The position numbers and the translations under genes are program-made. Under the pieces are notes generated by a model. It had not been told where the DNA came from. It ran no database searches and saw only the letters and a list, made by a program, of their open reading frames with translations. DNA of 62,686 bases, filler included, from Chiloscyllium plagiosum (Eukaryota), in NCBI RefSeq assembly GCF_004010195.1. It is 3 parts of one record of this genome, joined end to end, with 100 filler letters (N's around TTAATTAATTAA, not from the genome) between each part and the next. Parts side by side here need not be neighbours in the genome. Positions count along the whole stretch, not along the records: positions 1 to 22,754 come from NC_057714.1; positions 22,855 to 45,318 come from NC_057714.1; 1 more part is not named here. One strand, given 5' to 3'. Every line of letters begins with the position of its first letter. Position 1 is the first letter of the stretch. Positions 11,960-25,261 of this stretch are shown piece by piece.

Positions 11960-14900
11960 TTTCAATTCTTGTTACTTTTAATGCATTTGTTGTCAGACAA
12001 CAATGCTACGGTTTGGCAACTGGCAAATTCTTTATATACATCAACTAATATTAGCTCATCACAGTCATTTTAAATTGAGGAGAGAAGGACAAACTAGGCA
12101 TTATAGAGCTCCCATCAGTCATGAACATTGAAATAAAACATTGAGGAATGTAATTTTGTAAACACTAGGTAGGAATACAGTACATCACGAAGCATAGACG
12201 ACTAGGTTCAGGCATGGCACTAAGATTTCATTATCATGCAGTCAGAGGAGCATTGTGAATAGGTGTTCATATCAGACATCAAGCCATGCTTTTTGTACAT
12301 ATTTTACTCAAAGTAATTTCCTCCATCTTGTGATACTTAGGTAATCCAAATAGAAATTACACCCAAGCATTTTAAAACAATTTCAATATCCTCAGTGCAT
12401 TTCTTCTTTAGCTGCCCAGTCATTCTTGAGCTACATGTAACTAACTGTATTGTTTCAAAATGATTTAACTGTTACACAATTCAGAAAAAGGTAAAATCAC
12501 CAATACAACATCCTTTAATACAGTTTATGTTAAATACCAAATAATCCCTCATTCTGTGCAGGCAATTCATCGTACCTTCCTATTATGGATCATCATCTCC
12601 ACCTTGTTAGATTTATTTATTTATTTTTTTATTTTATACAAAGTTAATTTTCAGTTTACTTCCCCTCAGCTTCAAAGTATTTAATAGGATAATAGTTTTC
12701 CACATCAGAAAATGTCCCAAAAGAATACCAGACTAGTTGATTCAGTTAACTACTAAATTGAGTATAGCCTCAGCAATTTGTTACCTGCCCTTTTATAGTT
12801 TTCACTTTAGTGGTCAACATGGAATATTTACCAGCAGGATTTTCATACAACAGAGGTAATCTCTATGGCACTTGTTTAAAAACATTTCAGGCAAATTATC
12901 TAATATTAGTTGTTAATTTGCAGGATTTCGCACACTTAAACTTATGTACATTGACAAATTTTGAAGCATGACAAACTCCTATTGCAATAAATGGGATTGT
13001 GAAATGGAAAAAAAAAATCATTGTTGCAACTAGAAAAGGAAGGTTAATACCTCAGAATAAGGTTAATCTGATTATTACTGTTCTGCTCAGATCAGTAACC
13101 CATGGACAAAGGGAGTGATTGCTTTAAAGACTGTACATCGTTTTGGCTGAAGTATTGATAGCTAGTTGCACGATCATTACATGAACTGCTGCTTCTAACA
13201 CTACTATTCCTTCTTCAGGTTTCAATATTTATCAATGGGTACCTGCCTTGTTGGAAACTGTACGGAAACTGTAATGGAAGAAATAATAATTGGAGAACAG
13301 AAATATAGAAGGACAAATACAGGCAGTACAGAAGCAGAAAATACAAGTGCGCAATGTCATAGCACTTTTCTGAGCAGATCAGCAGACCAAATTGTGTTTA
13401 GATTCAACTCATTTAATCTGGCTGCACTGAACTGCAAACCTGTTTTATGTTTAGTACATATCATCCTCTTCATTAATAATTAAGTTTTATTAATAAATCT
13501 TTGGATTAACAGATGAATTAGTCTGATACACTTTGGATCAAAAGCAATAAAACTTATCAGGGTCACATATCCAAAAAACTAAACTTTAGCAACTCATCTG
13601 CAAACAGAATTACTGCAAATCTCTGATAACAGAGAAATGGCCTTGAACAAATCCACTAAATTAGTTTAATTAAATGCCCACACTTGTCTGCTGCTTAATT
13701 TTAATGCAAGATTGCATTAGAACGAAGAATTTCAGTCACTAAAATACCTTCAAAGTGGTAAAATGAAACTTAAAACAATTAAGGTGAAAGTGCGTAATGC
13801 CACAAGTTTCACTCAGAATTTACATGAAAATATATTCAACCTTTTGTTGCTATTACAGTCTTTAATTGTTTTAAATAAAATGTGAACTACTGGCTATAAT
13901 TGATGACATCACAATTATAAACAAAATAGGCCATACAGTTTCAGATGTTTGTTGCTGAATTATTCATGAATCCACTTGCATTGAGAGACATGGGAACAAA
14001 TGTACTTACCAAAAAATGAAGAAATGGTTTTGATTCAAAAACATGTAAGGGTCTGTACAAATTACATTTTTAGATACATTGATCAAGCATTGGGGACTTT
14101 TAAAAAATCTCTCCAGAATAGCAATAATCAAAACAAAATTTTCTAGTGAGCTCCCAAATCATATGAAATAACATATTGGTGTTCTAAAAGTAATATTGTT
14201 CACATATAAAATAACAATGTTTTAATGTTTTAAGAAGTTGGAGCATTGATTCAATCATAATCAAATAATTAGTCAAACACTTTACATAAAACTAAATAAG
14301 AGAATTTTGGAAACAGTAAAATGCAACAGGTTTCAAATCATGAGACACATGAATACAAATTTATCACAAAAGTTGATCAATATAGATCATATTTCCTTAA
14401 TTTACAATGAGACCACAGCTTTAATATATTATTTTCCTACTGATTTTGCTGAATTGGCACATAACATTAAATTTATGCAATTTGTAAGTGGAATAAAAAA
14501 GATGCTCTGTAGAAATTCTCCAACAAAAGTGATCAGTTTTTAAAAAAAACCTGGCCATATTTAATTAATCACCCTCTTTTCACTTAAATGTCTGTATATT
14601 TTGTTACTCAGCCAGATAATACTCAATTTTGAAACATTATAAATGGTTATATCTTGGCCCATCTTTATAATTTCCTTGAAGTTATGTACATGTACATCGC
14701 TACTTTGGAAAATCTTTGTTATCACAACTTAAACAGTTATCTACATGGGACTTTAAAAGGAGTACTGAAACCCTCAGCTATTTTCAATGAAACTTATCTT
14801 ATAAATACAATGCAGAACAATGGAGTGCACAAAGACATTCTACCACTTGTGAAAATTTCCTTTATATCTTTGCAAAGGCTTTCTTACTGGGAGTAAGATG

Positions 14901-15791
14901 GGTATTCACCCATTCCACAGCTATATTGTCCATCACACAGTGGTATCGCAAGAAGTATTCTGTGGGTATAGCTTTCTGCTAAGGAGTTTAAGTCCATTAA
15001 ATTTCAGTGCAAGATGCAGGTCTCGGAAATTGCTTATTCTAGGCCCTCTACAGTTAAAACATTTCATTTGCAAGAACTAAAATATTTTGATTTGAAAATC
15101 ATTTGCATTTACAGTAATTTCATATAATGCAGAAATTTGGGAACTAAACTCCAAGGTGAAGGTTCTGGAAAAAGGCAGCAGTTTATGAAAGGACCAAGTT
15201 CCTTCTCGTCTTTTAAGACTTAAAAAATAGGCACACAAATACTGACAGTAACATTATTTTCATTTAAACTGAGTAATATTCTTGTAGAAATACTTAAAAG
15301 GGACAAAAATTATCCACATCCCAATTTTTTTTTATAGACTCCATGAAAATAGATATATTTGTATGGTCTTAACTTCCAAATCTAATCATTTCCAATCCAG
15401 AAAGATGGCTGTATTTTGTATGATCCTTTCAAACTCTTTTTTAGCTGATACCTTGTCAGACGAGCTGTTTGGACAGTCATACATCTGCAGATCCTTCCTT
15501 TGGGCTTCATTCAGTTTAATGCTAAAGCAAGGGGAATCACAAAAGTCTTCCATAGTTGCCAGTTGTGGAATGGTAAACTTAACAGTAGTACAAAAAATGC
15601 CACTGATTTTTGGTGATTTTACGTCGCCACCAAAACATCACTAACTCTGAAGTGTGGAAAAATTGAGATCTGAAGTGCATTTTTCTTAAAATCTGTACAT
15701 GTCAACAGCTCTGCCACACAGGATACTGCATAATGGGCTAAGACTAAAACCCTTTTAAGTCTTTGTCAATAACCCAGACTTTCTACCAGTC
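11960..15791 (-). other. PPP1R9A: Putative long 3'UTR of PPP1R9A
   Basis: AT-rich, free of recognisable retroelements, directly follows the stop codon; ATTAAA on minus at 11977-11982 as candidate distal poly(A) signal. Confidence 0.55.
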
Positions 15792-15995
15792 TTATTCAGT
15801 ATCAGGTTCTGCTGCTGGAAATGAAGATTTGCTTTTCTTATTCTTTTTTAGAAGCTGCTCCTGTTCTTTTTTTCTCCGTTTTTCCCTTTGTTTCTCTAAC
15901 TTCTGTTGTGCTTTACGGGCTTTTTCAACTGACGACTTTAGGTCCTTTAGCTTCTTTTTGATTATGGCCCTATCTTGAGATACAATACCTAATGC
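15792..15995 (-). CDS. PPP1R9A: Neurabin-1 terminal coding exon (end of SAM domain plus basic coiled coil)
   Basis: tcttcactacag|GCA...TAA; ALGIVSQDRAIIKKKLKDLKSSVEKARKAQQKLEKQREKRRKKEQEQLLKKNKKSKSSFPAAEPDTE* matches the neurabin-1 C-terminus; convergent to PON as in mammals. Confidence 0.9.
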   Translation of the reverse strand, partial: ALGIVSQDRAIIKKKLKDLKSSVEKARKAQQKLEKQREKRRKKEQEQLLKKNKKSKSSFPAAEPDTE

Positions 15996-16401
15996 CTGTA
16001 GTGAAGAAACATTTAGAATTATAGTTAACATACAATGAACAACTGTTTTGATTGTTCCACCCCCCCCCCCCCTCACATCTAGGTGCAAAACTATTACTAA
16101 AACCAAACTTATTGTAAGTACGCAACAAATTTGACAGCATCTGGAAAGAAACAGGGCAGGTTAAAAGTTTGAATATAAATCCTTTGTCAAAACTAAGAGG
16201 GAACTAGGGAATCTTTACTAAAAATTATGAGCCAAATATTCTAAATGCCACTACTTTAAGTAACTACTTACTTTCTGTAAGTTTGCTAAATACAAGACAC
16301 ACACTTCAACCATGAACACCAAGTAAAATTACTGAGATTACAAGAATCATACAAGTTAAATCTTCATTTGCCTGACATGAAGTGAATATTCTTTTGTGGG
16401 A

Positions 16402-16620
16402 ATTGGTTTAGCTCAGTGGCTGGATTGTTGGCTTACACAGCAGCGCAATGTCAACAGTGTGGGTTCAATTCCCATCACCCGTTTGAGGTCACCATGAAGG
16501 ACTCTCCTTCTCTAACTCTTCCCTCGCCTGAGGTCTCGTGGCCCTCAGGTTAAATCACCACCAGTCGCTTCCCTCTAATGAGAGAGCAGCCCCTATGGGT
16601 CTGGTAAGAGTATGGAGACA
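16402..16620 (+). mobile_element. tRNA-derived SINE (second family)
   Basis: TAGCTCAGTGG A-box and GGTTCAATTCC B-box; related copy at 62121-62330. Confidence 0.65.
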
Positions 16621-16769
16621 CACAACAATTCTTTTGCAGATATAATATCCACTTAACTGTGATCATAGAACTAAAATATAACTTAGCATGAGTGAGGAAT
16701 GCAGAATAATACTGCCTAATTAGAACCAGTTAAAACAAAACAGATTACCAGTAAAATACACGCAACACA

Positions 16770-17590
16770 GGTGCCAGAAGACTGGGGGTGGGCTATCATG
16801 ATGCAACTATTTAAGAAAGGTGGTAAGGAAAAACAAGGGAACTACAGACCAGGGAGGATGACATTGATGGTGGTTAAGTTGTTGGAGGGAGTCCTGACGG
16901 ACAGGTTCTATATATATTTGGAAAAGCAAGGACTGGTTAGGGATAGTCAACATAGCTTTGACCGTGGGAAATTCTGTCTCATGAACTTGATTGAGTTTTT
17001 TGAAGAAGTTACGAAGAGGATTGATGTGATCTAAATGGACTTCAGTGAGGCATTTGACAAGATTCTTCATGGAAGACTGGTTAGCAAGGTTTGAACTATA
17101 GAGAGAGGCTGAATAGGCTGGGGCTGTTTTCCTTGGAGCATTGGAGGCTGAGGGTTGACCTTATAGATGTTTATAAAATCATGAGGGCATGGATACAGTA
17201 AACAACCAAGGTCTTTTCCCTGAGGTTGGGGAATCCAAAACTAAAGGACGTAGGTTTAAGATGACAGGAGAAAGATTTAAAAGGGACCTTAGGGGAAATG
17301 TTTTCATGCAGAGGGTGGTGCATATATGGACTGAGCTGCCACAGGAAATGGTGGAGACTGGTACAATAAGAACATTAAAAAGGCATCTGAATGAGTATGT
17401 GAAAAGGAAGGGCTTAGAAGAGTGTAAATGCCAGCAAATGGTAGTAGTGGGTGTTTTTTAAGCTGGAGGTCCTTGACTAGTGGCGTTCTGCAGAAAAAAA
17501 GTGCTGGTAAATGGGACTAGATTAATTTAGGATATCTGGTCAGCATGGACGAGTTGGATCGAAGGATCTTTTTCTGTCTCTGTGACTCTT
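16770..17590 (+). mobile_element. Internally deleted CR1 RT and 3' end
   Basis: PEDW...LFKKGGKEKQGNYRP...NLIEFFEEVTK; FKRDLRGNVFMQRVV. Confidence 0.85.
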
Positions 17591-18714
17591 CAAATCATTG
17601 ACTACATGTCCAGTTAACACTGCCTACATATTCAGACATTAATTTGTAGTATAATCCAGAGTGGAGGTGGAAGAATCACAACTTCCAGTGATGAATGCAC
17701 TTCTCTGTGTTTCAATAGTAATTCAGACTGCATGATCAACACTGCCCTGTTGTACAGTGGATCTGCTTCAACTAATTGTCAGATTACTTAAGCTGTCATG
17801 GAGGACCAACTCAGTTCCATTTACTGCGCAAGACTTCAATTTGGAGGACATTAAATGGCTTATGATAAGCTATTTTGAATAACACATTTTATGAACTAAA
17901 AGACAAGTATTATTCATGTAGCTAATGATGAAATCCTTGAAGCTCTGGAGACATTCAAGCTACTTGAAGACATTACCTGGAGGGAAAACTTGTAAATACT
18001 ATCTGATTTATCCAAATGCCTAGCTTTCTCAGGTTTTAGAGAGGCAAGTGTTTATGGCTGAAAATTTGTGGATTCAATTGGAAAAATCAGTGTTGTATTT
18101 TAAACTTATTGGTCACCCTAATCCAGTGTCTGATGAGAGGAGCACGAGTGAAGAATCATGCCTGTTATGAGACTGATGACTGCTTCAAGATGGGAAATGC
18201 TAAGTTAATAATAGGCAAATTATTAATTAGCTTAATAGACAATGAGCACATTTTCTTCTTCATTGCAGATAAATGACACAATTTTAAAGGGAGTGCAGTA
18301 ACATAGATAATTAAAGTGTAATATATGCAGATTCTTGAAGGAGGTAAATCAATAAGGCTGTTTAAAATAAAGCAAATGGAATTATGTTTTTCAATATTGA
18401 GAAATTGTCCTTAGAATGGGAGTTTATCAGGCTGAAAGTGGCTTAAGAACTTGCAGGACCTGCAGAATGTGATTGTGGAAACATGATTTTATTCTGTTTT
18501 ACTGAATAGACTGGCCAACTGTCAGATGGAAAAAACAGAGACAGAGAGTCACCGCTGGATAGCCTTCTGGGTGACATATTCAGGCAACAGATCAGGATGG
18601 AGTTGTAGAGAGAGAAACAAATGCAGCAATAATTGTTTGGATAAGGAGATACATGATTGTCACAGAGGCTAGAAGGTGCAGTGATTGGGAGAAAGGTAGG
18701 CTGAAAACTTCCAA

Positions 18715-18812
18715 GGTTTCGGGATGAAGGGCTCCTGCCCGAAACGTTGATTCTCCTGCTCTTTGGATGCTGCCTGACCTGTTATGCTTTTCCAGCACCA
18801 CTCTAATCTTGA
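18715..18812 (+). mobile_element. PLE terminal mini-element
   Basis: GATGAAGGGC...GCCCGAAACGTT hammerhead remnant; TSD CTGAAA(A/C)CTTCCAA at 18701 and 18813. Confidence 0.7.
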
Positions 18813-20599
18813 CTGAAACCTTCCAAAACAGGCTGAGTGGGAGTCAGGACTTCTGTAGCCCCTACCCTGTAAAATTTGGAATACAAGGCAGGCAACAATT
18901 GGATCAAAATATGCAGATATAATTTAGCTGTTACAGAATGATATAGCACTGAAATTAATTGAGCCTATGTCAACCCTATCCTTATTTTTATACAAGCTAT
19001 TATTGATATGCTTTTTACAGTATATTAGGAAAACAGATGGTAAAGGAATGTAGGAATTTCTCTAGCAGCTTTTGTAATCAGTGACCTGCTAATGGATTCG
19101 CTCTGGCCCTCCACCAGAAGTTAGAAGATTCAAGAAAGAGATGCTTCTCTCCCACATTTGCTGTTAGTAGATTTACAAGTAAGTCCATCAATAACAAATG
19201 TAGGAAAGAGGGAAGTCAGAGAAGGAGAGGGAAGATCTGAGGTAGAGTTTGAAGGAGGAACGAGAGATTGACTGAGACTGGGAGGAATTAAGACAGGATG
19301 GTTGGGAGGGAGTGAGGGAGAGTGAGTGAGGGAAGAATATACGAACAGCAATAGGGGCAACAGTAGATGCTGATGGTCTGAAATAAAAACAAAACACTGA
19401 AGAAACTCAACAGGTCTGGCAGCTCTGTGTAGTGAAAAACAGGGCTAATATATCCAGTCCAAAGCCTCCTCAGTTCAGAGACTATTGCTGAGTGACAGCT
19501 GAATATCTCTATGAGGGTTTGTCAGGTCTGTTTGCTCAACAATGAAAACACTAAAAGTCAACTGTTATCTCTCTCTCCAAAACCTTGCATGACACTGCTT
19601 TCCAAAGTTGCTTGCTTTCTTTTTGTAACCAGCAAAAAGACCATAGTCTTTTTTGTTAAACCTTTGGACATTCCAGTTGAAAGTAATTACATGATAATTC
19701 TTTTGCAAGCCAGTAGAGCTCAAAAGGCCATTTTCCAGTTCTCATAATCCTTAAATATATGTGATTGCAACATGCCTTTACCCTTGGAAGATGTCATGCC
19801 ATTTTCAAATGAGTCCTATGATCCTATAAAATGGCGTATAAATAACAACATAAAAAATTTACAATAATTCAATTCTTTCACTCTTTATACAAGATTTATA
19901 CAATCTTTCTACTGTTAAAAAATTCAACTATTTCAACACCTTTACATTCGTGACACTGCAAAAATTATGTACTTTTTTCTGCAAAATGAACAATTCTGAT
20001 AATATAAACTTAAATTATGTTTCATTTTCTTTCCAGCTACTGCTGAATATTAATATCTCATTGAAGTAGGCCACAAAATTTGGGACACTACTGACAACTT
20101 GATTCAGTATTCTTTGGAATGCAACTGGAACATTTATTAAACCCAAGTGGCATGGTTCAAAATTGATAAACCCTATCTAGTGCGACAAAAGCTGGTATCT
20201 CTTAAGCTCCTGAAGTCAATAGCGCTTGCCAGTGCTTTGATAAATCAGTTTTTGTAAGGAATGAGGCATTGCCAACCCTATCAATACAATACTGCGACAG
20301 AGGGTTTGGGTACTGAACTGTTTGTGTGACTACATTTATTTTTCTATAATCTATGCAGAATATAGTTGACCCACCATTAGATTTAGGAATTGATACTCTG
20401 CTGATGAACTCCTACTGCTTTGGCTAGATTCAATCGAGTGACTTTCTAACATATACTAAATTTCTTTTTGCCTGAACTTGTTTTTCCTGGTCTTAAATGA
20501 TGAGGATATTATTTTATTGATACTAATTCTCCTATAGCGACAACATGCTTTAAAGAGGTAAACATGTGGCTCAAAGGTTGGTGCGGAAGAACCTAGTTC

Positions 20600-21187
20600 G
20601 GCTTCACGAGACATTCACCCAGTACTGGGGAAGGAGGAGCTGTTCTGATGGGACAGGCTCCACCTGAATGATGTTCGGAGCAGAGTCCTAGCTACACACA
20701 TAAGTAGGATTGAGCTTTCAACTAAATAATGGGGGGTAGGTACAGTTGCATGGAAAATTATGGAAAAAGTGAGAGGAGGAGGAGCAGAGGTTATTAAAAT
20801 TTCCAGAACAAGTAACAGGACAGAAATCAGAGAGAGTGGGATTTCCTTGTTAGTAGGAAATGCAATTAAATCAATAGCAAGAAGTGAATGAGACTCAGAT
20901 AGCATAGAATCCATATGGGTACAGTTGAGGAACTGAAAGGAAAAAAGATCCTGATAGGAGTTATATACAGACTTCCTAGCAGCAGTCAGGATGCTGGGAA
21001 GAAAATAAATCATGAGGTAGAAAAGCATGTAAGAAAGGCACAATTATAGTAATCATGGGGACTTCAATCTGCAAGTGGACTGGGAAAATTAGGTTGGTAA
21101 CAGATCACAAGAAAAGGAATTCATGGAATGTCAATTATATTGTTTTTTGGCGCAGGTGTGGTAGAGCCCACTAGGGAACAGGCAATT
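20600..21187 (+). mobile_element. Degenerate CR1 endonuclease fragment interrupted by L1
   Basis: ESIWVQLRN, IVIMGDFNL.VDW motifs on +. Confidence 0.65.
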
Positions 21188-22754
21188 CTTTTTTTTTAAT
21201 AGATATTTTTATTAGAAATTTAACATTTTTGCAAGTTTACAAAAATAAACAAAACTCTCAAGTACAAACTATACTTGATATACAATTAAATCTTAAATAT
21301 ACAATAGCCAAAATTTAACAAAAGAAAAAATACCAAGAAAGAAAAAAAACAAAACTCAACTAACTACTAATCTAACCTACAACTAACCAGAGTGTATATT
21401 TTAGTCTCTTACATTATTCAAATAAGAGAGAGAGAAAAAAAAACAAAAAAAAAACAACGGATAACGTAGAAATTGAGTAGTGAGAAACATGCTTGGAATG
21501 TACATCAAATGTAACAAAACCCGTATTCGTGCCGAATTCCTCTCCTAAGGGGCCCCAGACCAACCAGGTTCGTAACTTCAATTAAATAAAAGCTCTTGTT
21601 AGGATAGTCGAAATATCTGTATTTATGTAATTCAAGAAGGACTGCCACATTTTATAAAATAATTCGGTCTTTCGGTGCACCATATTTGTAAGGAAGTCAA
21701 GGGGAATACATTCCATAATTAATCTGTGCCAATTTGAAAGTCCAGGGGGGCCCTCAGCCACTCAGTTTACCAAAATATTTTTCCTTGCACAGAATAGAAA
21801 ATAGTCTCTTCCCGTACATGTCCAGGGAGGGAAAGTTTGAAAAACCCAAAAGTAGAGATACAGGGTCCACTTTAATTTCCGTTCCTAAAATTTCTGTCAG
21901 GGTACTTGCTACTTAGTCCAATATCTACGGATCTTATGACAGGTCCATAGGCAATGTACAAGAGTGCCCACCTCTATTTTACATTTGGGACACATTGGAG
22001 ATGCTCCTGCCTTAAATTTTGCCAATCGATCCGGTGCTATATGGGCCCTATGAAGTATCTTCAGCTGGATAGCCTGAGTGCTGTTACAGATGGTAATTCT
22101 TCTAGCATTTTCCCAAATGTCATTCCATGTTTCTATAGAGATTTCTAGTCCCAAATCCTCATCCCATGTCCATATCTCCCGATACTTCATCATGTAGTAA
22201 ATGATAAATAGTACTGACGGAAGATACCCCCATTGGTCGTAGCACTCTACATTCTCTATCTGATTTATAAAGACTATCTAATAACATAGTCTTCTTTTGT
22301 ATATAGTCTCGAATTTGGAAGAATCGAAAGAGGTCTCCTTTAGGTAATCCGAATTTCTGACGCAGCTGTTCAAAAGACATCAAGACCCCATCTTTAAATA
22401 GGTCCCCAAGACATGAGATACCCCTGGATCTCCAGAGTTTAAAAGTGGCATCTGTTAACCCCGGTTGGAATCCCCATGCTCCCACTATTGGCGCATAGGG
22501 GGATATTTAATGTGAGTTGCCCTCATTTTGCCGCATTATATTCCAAGCTTTAATTGTTTTTAGTATTATAGGGTTTTTACAGTGATCCGTAATGATTTTC
22601 CTCTTGTCTGAAAATAAAAGGTTAATAAGTGGGTATTTTACTTGAGAAGCCTCGATGTCCAGCCAGATTGATTGTGGATCAGACAAGACCCAATCAGCTA
22701 TGTAACTTAATAAGGAACTTAACTGATATTTCCTAAAATCTGGGAAATCCAATC
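21188..22754 (-). mobile_element. L1-clade LINE 3' portion (ORF2 C-terminus, 3'UTR, poly(A))
   Basis: QLKILHRAH...CPKCKIEVGTLVHCLWTC CCHC motif; poly(T) on + at 21188-21197; ends in N gap. Confidence 0.85.
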
Positions 22755-22854
22755 NNNNNNNNNNNNNNNNNNNNNNNNNNNNNNNNNNNNNNNNNNNNTT
22801 AATTAATTAANNNNNNNNNNNNNNNNNNNNNNNNNNNNNNNNNNNNNNNNNNNN
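22755..22854. other. Assembly gap with artificial spacer (44N-TTAATTAATTAA-44N)
   Basis: Exactly 100 nt; identical structure at 45319-45418. Confidence 0.95.
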
Positions 22855-23120
22855 GTGTGTCTGGGTTGGGGGGTTGTGAGTGTCTGTGAGAGAGAGTGTA
22901 TATGTGTGTGTGTGAGTGTAGAGTGGTCTAAGTCTCTGAGAGGATGCATGCGTGAGTGTGGGGGTGTGCATGTCTGTAAGGGTGTGTGTGAGTGTCTGTG
23001 TGCGTGTCTGTGTATATGTGTGTCTGTGTGTAGGTGTGTGTATAGGAGTGCCTGTGTGTGTGTGTTTGTGTGCGTGGGTAGGAGTGTCTGTGTGTAGGAT
23101 TGTCTGTGTGTATGTGTGTA
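22855..23120. repeat. Imperfect (GT)n microsatellite, part of PLE 3' region
   Basis: Visible TG-rich run adjoining the PLE GIY-YIG end. Confidence 0.85.
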
Positions 23121-25260
23121 TCGTGCAATAGTGGTCACCTTAGTTTGACATGAACCCAAGGTCCCGGTTGAGACCCTCCCTGTAGGTATGGACCTTAGCT
23201 ATCAGCCTCTGCTTGGCCACGTTTTGCTGCTGATTGAGGATGATCAGCTGTGATCATAATGAATGGTGGTGCTGGCTCGAAGGGCAGAATGGCCTAGTCC
23301 TGTACCTATTGTCTATTGTCTATTGTCTATTGTTGTCTGTCCCAAAGTATGTCTTGGAGGATGGTCACCCAAAGGTCCGAGGTTGAATGTTCTGGACCAC
23401 TGAAGTGTTCCCCAACTGGGAGGGAACCCTCCTGTCTGTTGATTGTTGTGCGGTGCCCATTCATCCGTTGCCGTAGCCTTTGCTCGGTTTCCCCAATGTA
23501 CCATGCCTCAGGGCATCCTTGCCGGCAACGTATAAGATAGACAACGTTGGCTGAGTCACATGAGTACCTGCCACATACATGGCGGGAGGTGTCCCCATGT
23601 GTAATGGTGGTATCCATGTCCACACTCTGACACGTCTTGCAGCGCCTACCGTGACAGGGTTATATGAAGTTTTCCTGAAAGCCGGCAGCTTGCTATGAAC
23701 AATGATCTGTTTGAGGTTTGGCGGTTGTTTAAAGGCAAGCAATGGAGGTGTGGGGAAGGTCTTGGCGAGGTGCTCATCCTCATTGATAATGTGTTGCAGT
23801 CACGAAGAACATGGCATAGTTTTTCAGCTCCTGGGAAGTACTGGACAACGAAGGGAACCCTGTCGGTTGCAGCACGTGTCTGTCTCCTGAGGAGGTCATT
23901 ACGGTCCCTTGCTGTGGCACGTCGGAACTGGTGGTTGATGAGTTGAGCATCGTACCCCGTTCTCTTGAGGGCATCCCTGAGTACTTCCAGGTGCCGTCAC
24001 GTTTCTCCTCATCTGAGCAGATCCGGTGTATGCGTAGGGTTTGTCCATATGGGATGGCTGTTTTAATATGTTTTGGGTAGAAGCTGGAGAAGTGTAGCAT
24101 TTGAGGTTGTCTGTGGGTTTGTGGTAGAGTGTGGTGCTGAGGTGTCCATCCTTGATGGAGATGCATGCATCCAAGAATGAGACAGATAGTCGAGAGTAGT
24201 CCATGGTAAGTTTGATGGTGGGATGAAACTTGTTGGATATCATGTGTAGTTTTATCAGTGACTCCTTGCCATGGGTCCAGCATTGTTAATGTACCTGGTG
24301 TATAATGTTGGTTGGAGGTCCTGCTTAGAGAAGTCTTGTTCAAACCTGTGCATGAAGATGTTGGTATATTGGGGTGCAAATGTGGTCCCCATAGCTATGC
24401 CATGTATCTGGATGAAGAGCTGGTTGTCAAAGGTGAAGATCATGTGATCAAGGATAAAGCGGATGAGTTGTAGGATGGTGTTTGGAGACTGGCAGTTGTT
24501 GGTGTTGAGTACTGAGGCTGTTACCACGATGTCGTCATTGTGGGGGATGCTGGTGTAGAGTGCTGAAACTTCCATTGTGACGAGGAATGTTCCCGCTTCG
24601 ACTGGTCCATGGGTGCTGAGTTTCTGTAAGAAATCTGTAGTGTCGCGACAGAAGCTGGGGATCCCCCGTACAATAGGTTTTAAGATGCCTTCAAAATAGC
24701 CGGAGAGATTCTCACACAGGATCCCATTGTCTGATACGATGGGATGTCCAGACAGACAGACACACAGGCAGACAGACAGACAAAGACCCACATGCACACA
24801 TATATTTTGTGGGGTGAATTTGTACTTGCAGAGTTACATTGTACTTTGCTCATGTACAACTCTGTTATCTCACTTTTTAGATTAGAATGAATCTCAACAT
24901 CATGGCACAGACAGAACACAGGGGGCTGACACCAATTGTTACAGTTAACCTGAGAATGCAACGTTTTTAAAAAAGTTTTGTGATTTACACATGAAAGAAG
25001 TGAAACTTTCATGGTATTCCAAAAGATTAAAGACTCAACAGACAATCAAGGTGTTTTCCAATGGATAATTTCAGTTACATCACACTGTAAACTTTTGCTC
25101 TAAATTCTGTGCCTTACAATTGTGTCCTCCACAACCACCTGATGAAGAAGCCGTGCTCCGAAAGCTAGTGTGCTTCCAATTAAACCTGTTGGACTATAAC
25201 CTGGTGTTGTGTGATTTTTAACTTTGTACTCCCCAGTCCAACACCAGCATCTCCAAATCA
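23121..25260 (-). mobile_element. Penelope-like element (RT + GIY-YIG), 5'-truncated, with inverted terminal segment (24750-25260, + orientation)
   Basis: RDTTDFLQKL...LYTSIPH...GIAMGTTFAPQY...YTRYI (PLE RT); NVVYLIRCRQGCPEAWYIGETEQRLRQRMNGHR (GIY-YIG); frameshifted; hammerhead-bearing terminus in opposite orientation. Confidence 0.88.
25136..25180 (+). ncRNA. Minimal type I hammerhead motif in PLE terminus
   Basis: CAC-CUGAUGA-A-GAAGC-cgu-GCUCC-GAAAG-CUA-GUG; palindromic AGCU stem III; one stem II mismatch. Confidence 0.65.
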
Positions 25261-25261
25261 A

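Noticed and set aside
16402..16475. tRNA gene
   Set aside because: A/B boxes are present but there is no cloverleaf; it is a SINE head (same for HE1 copies)
22803..23159. His/Thr- and Cys/Val-rich ORFs
   Set aside because: Translation of a (CA/TG)n microsatellite
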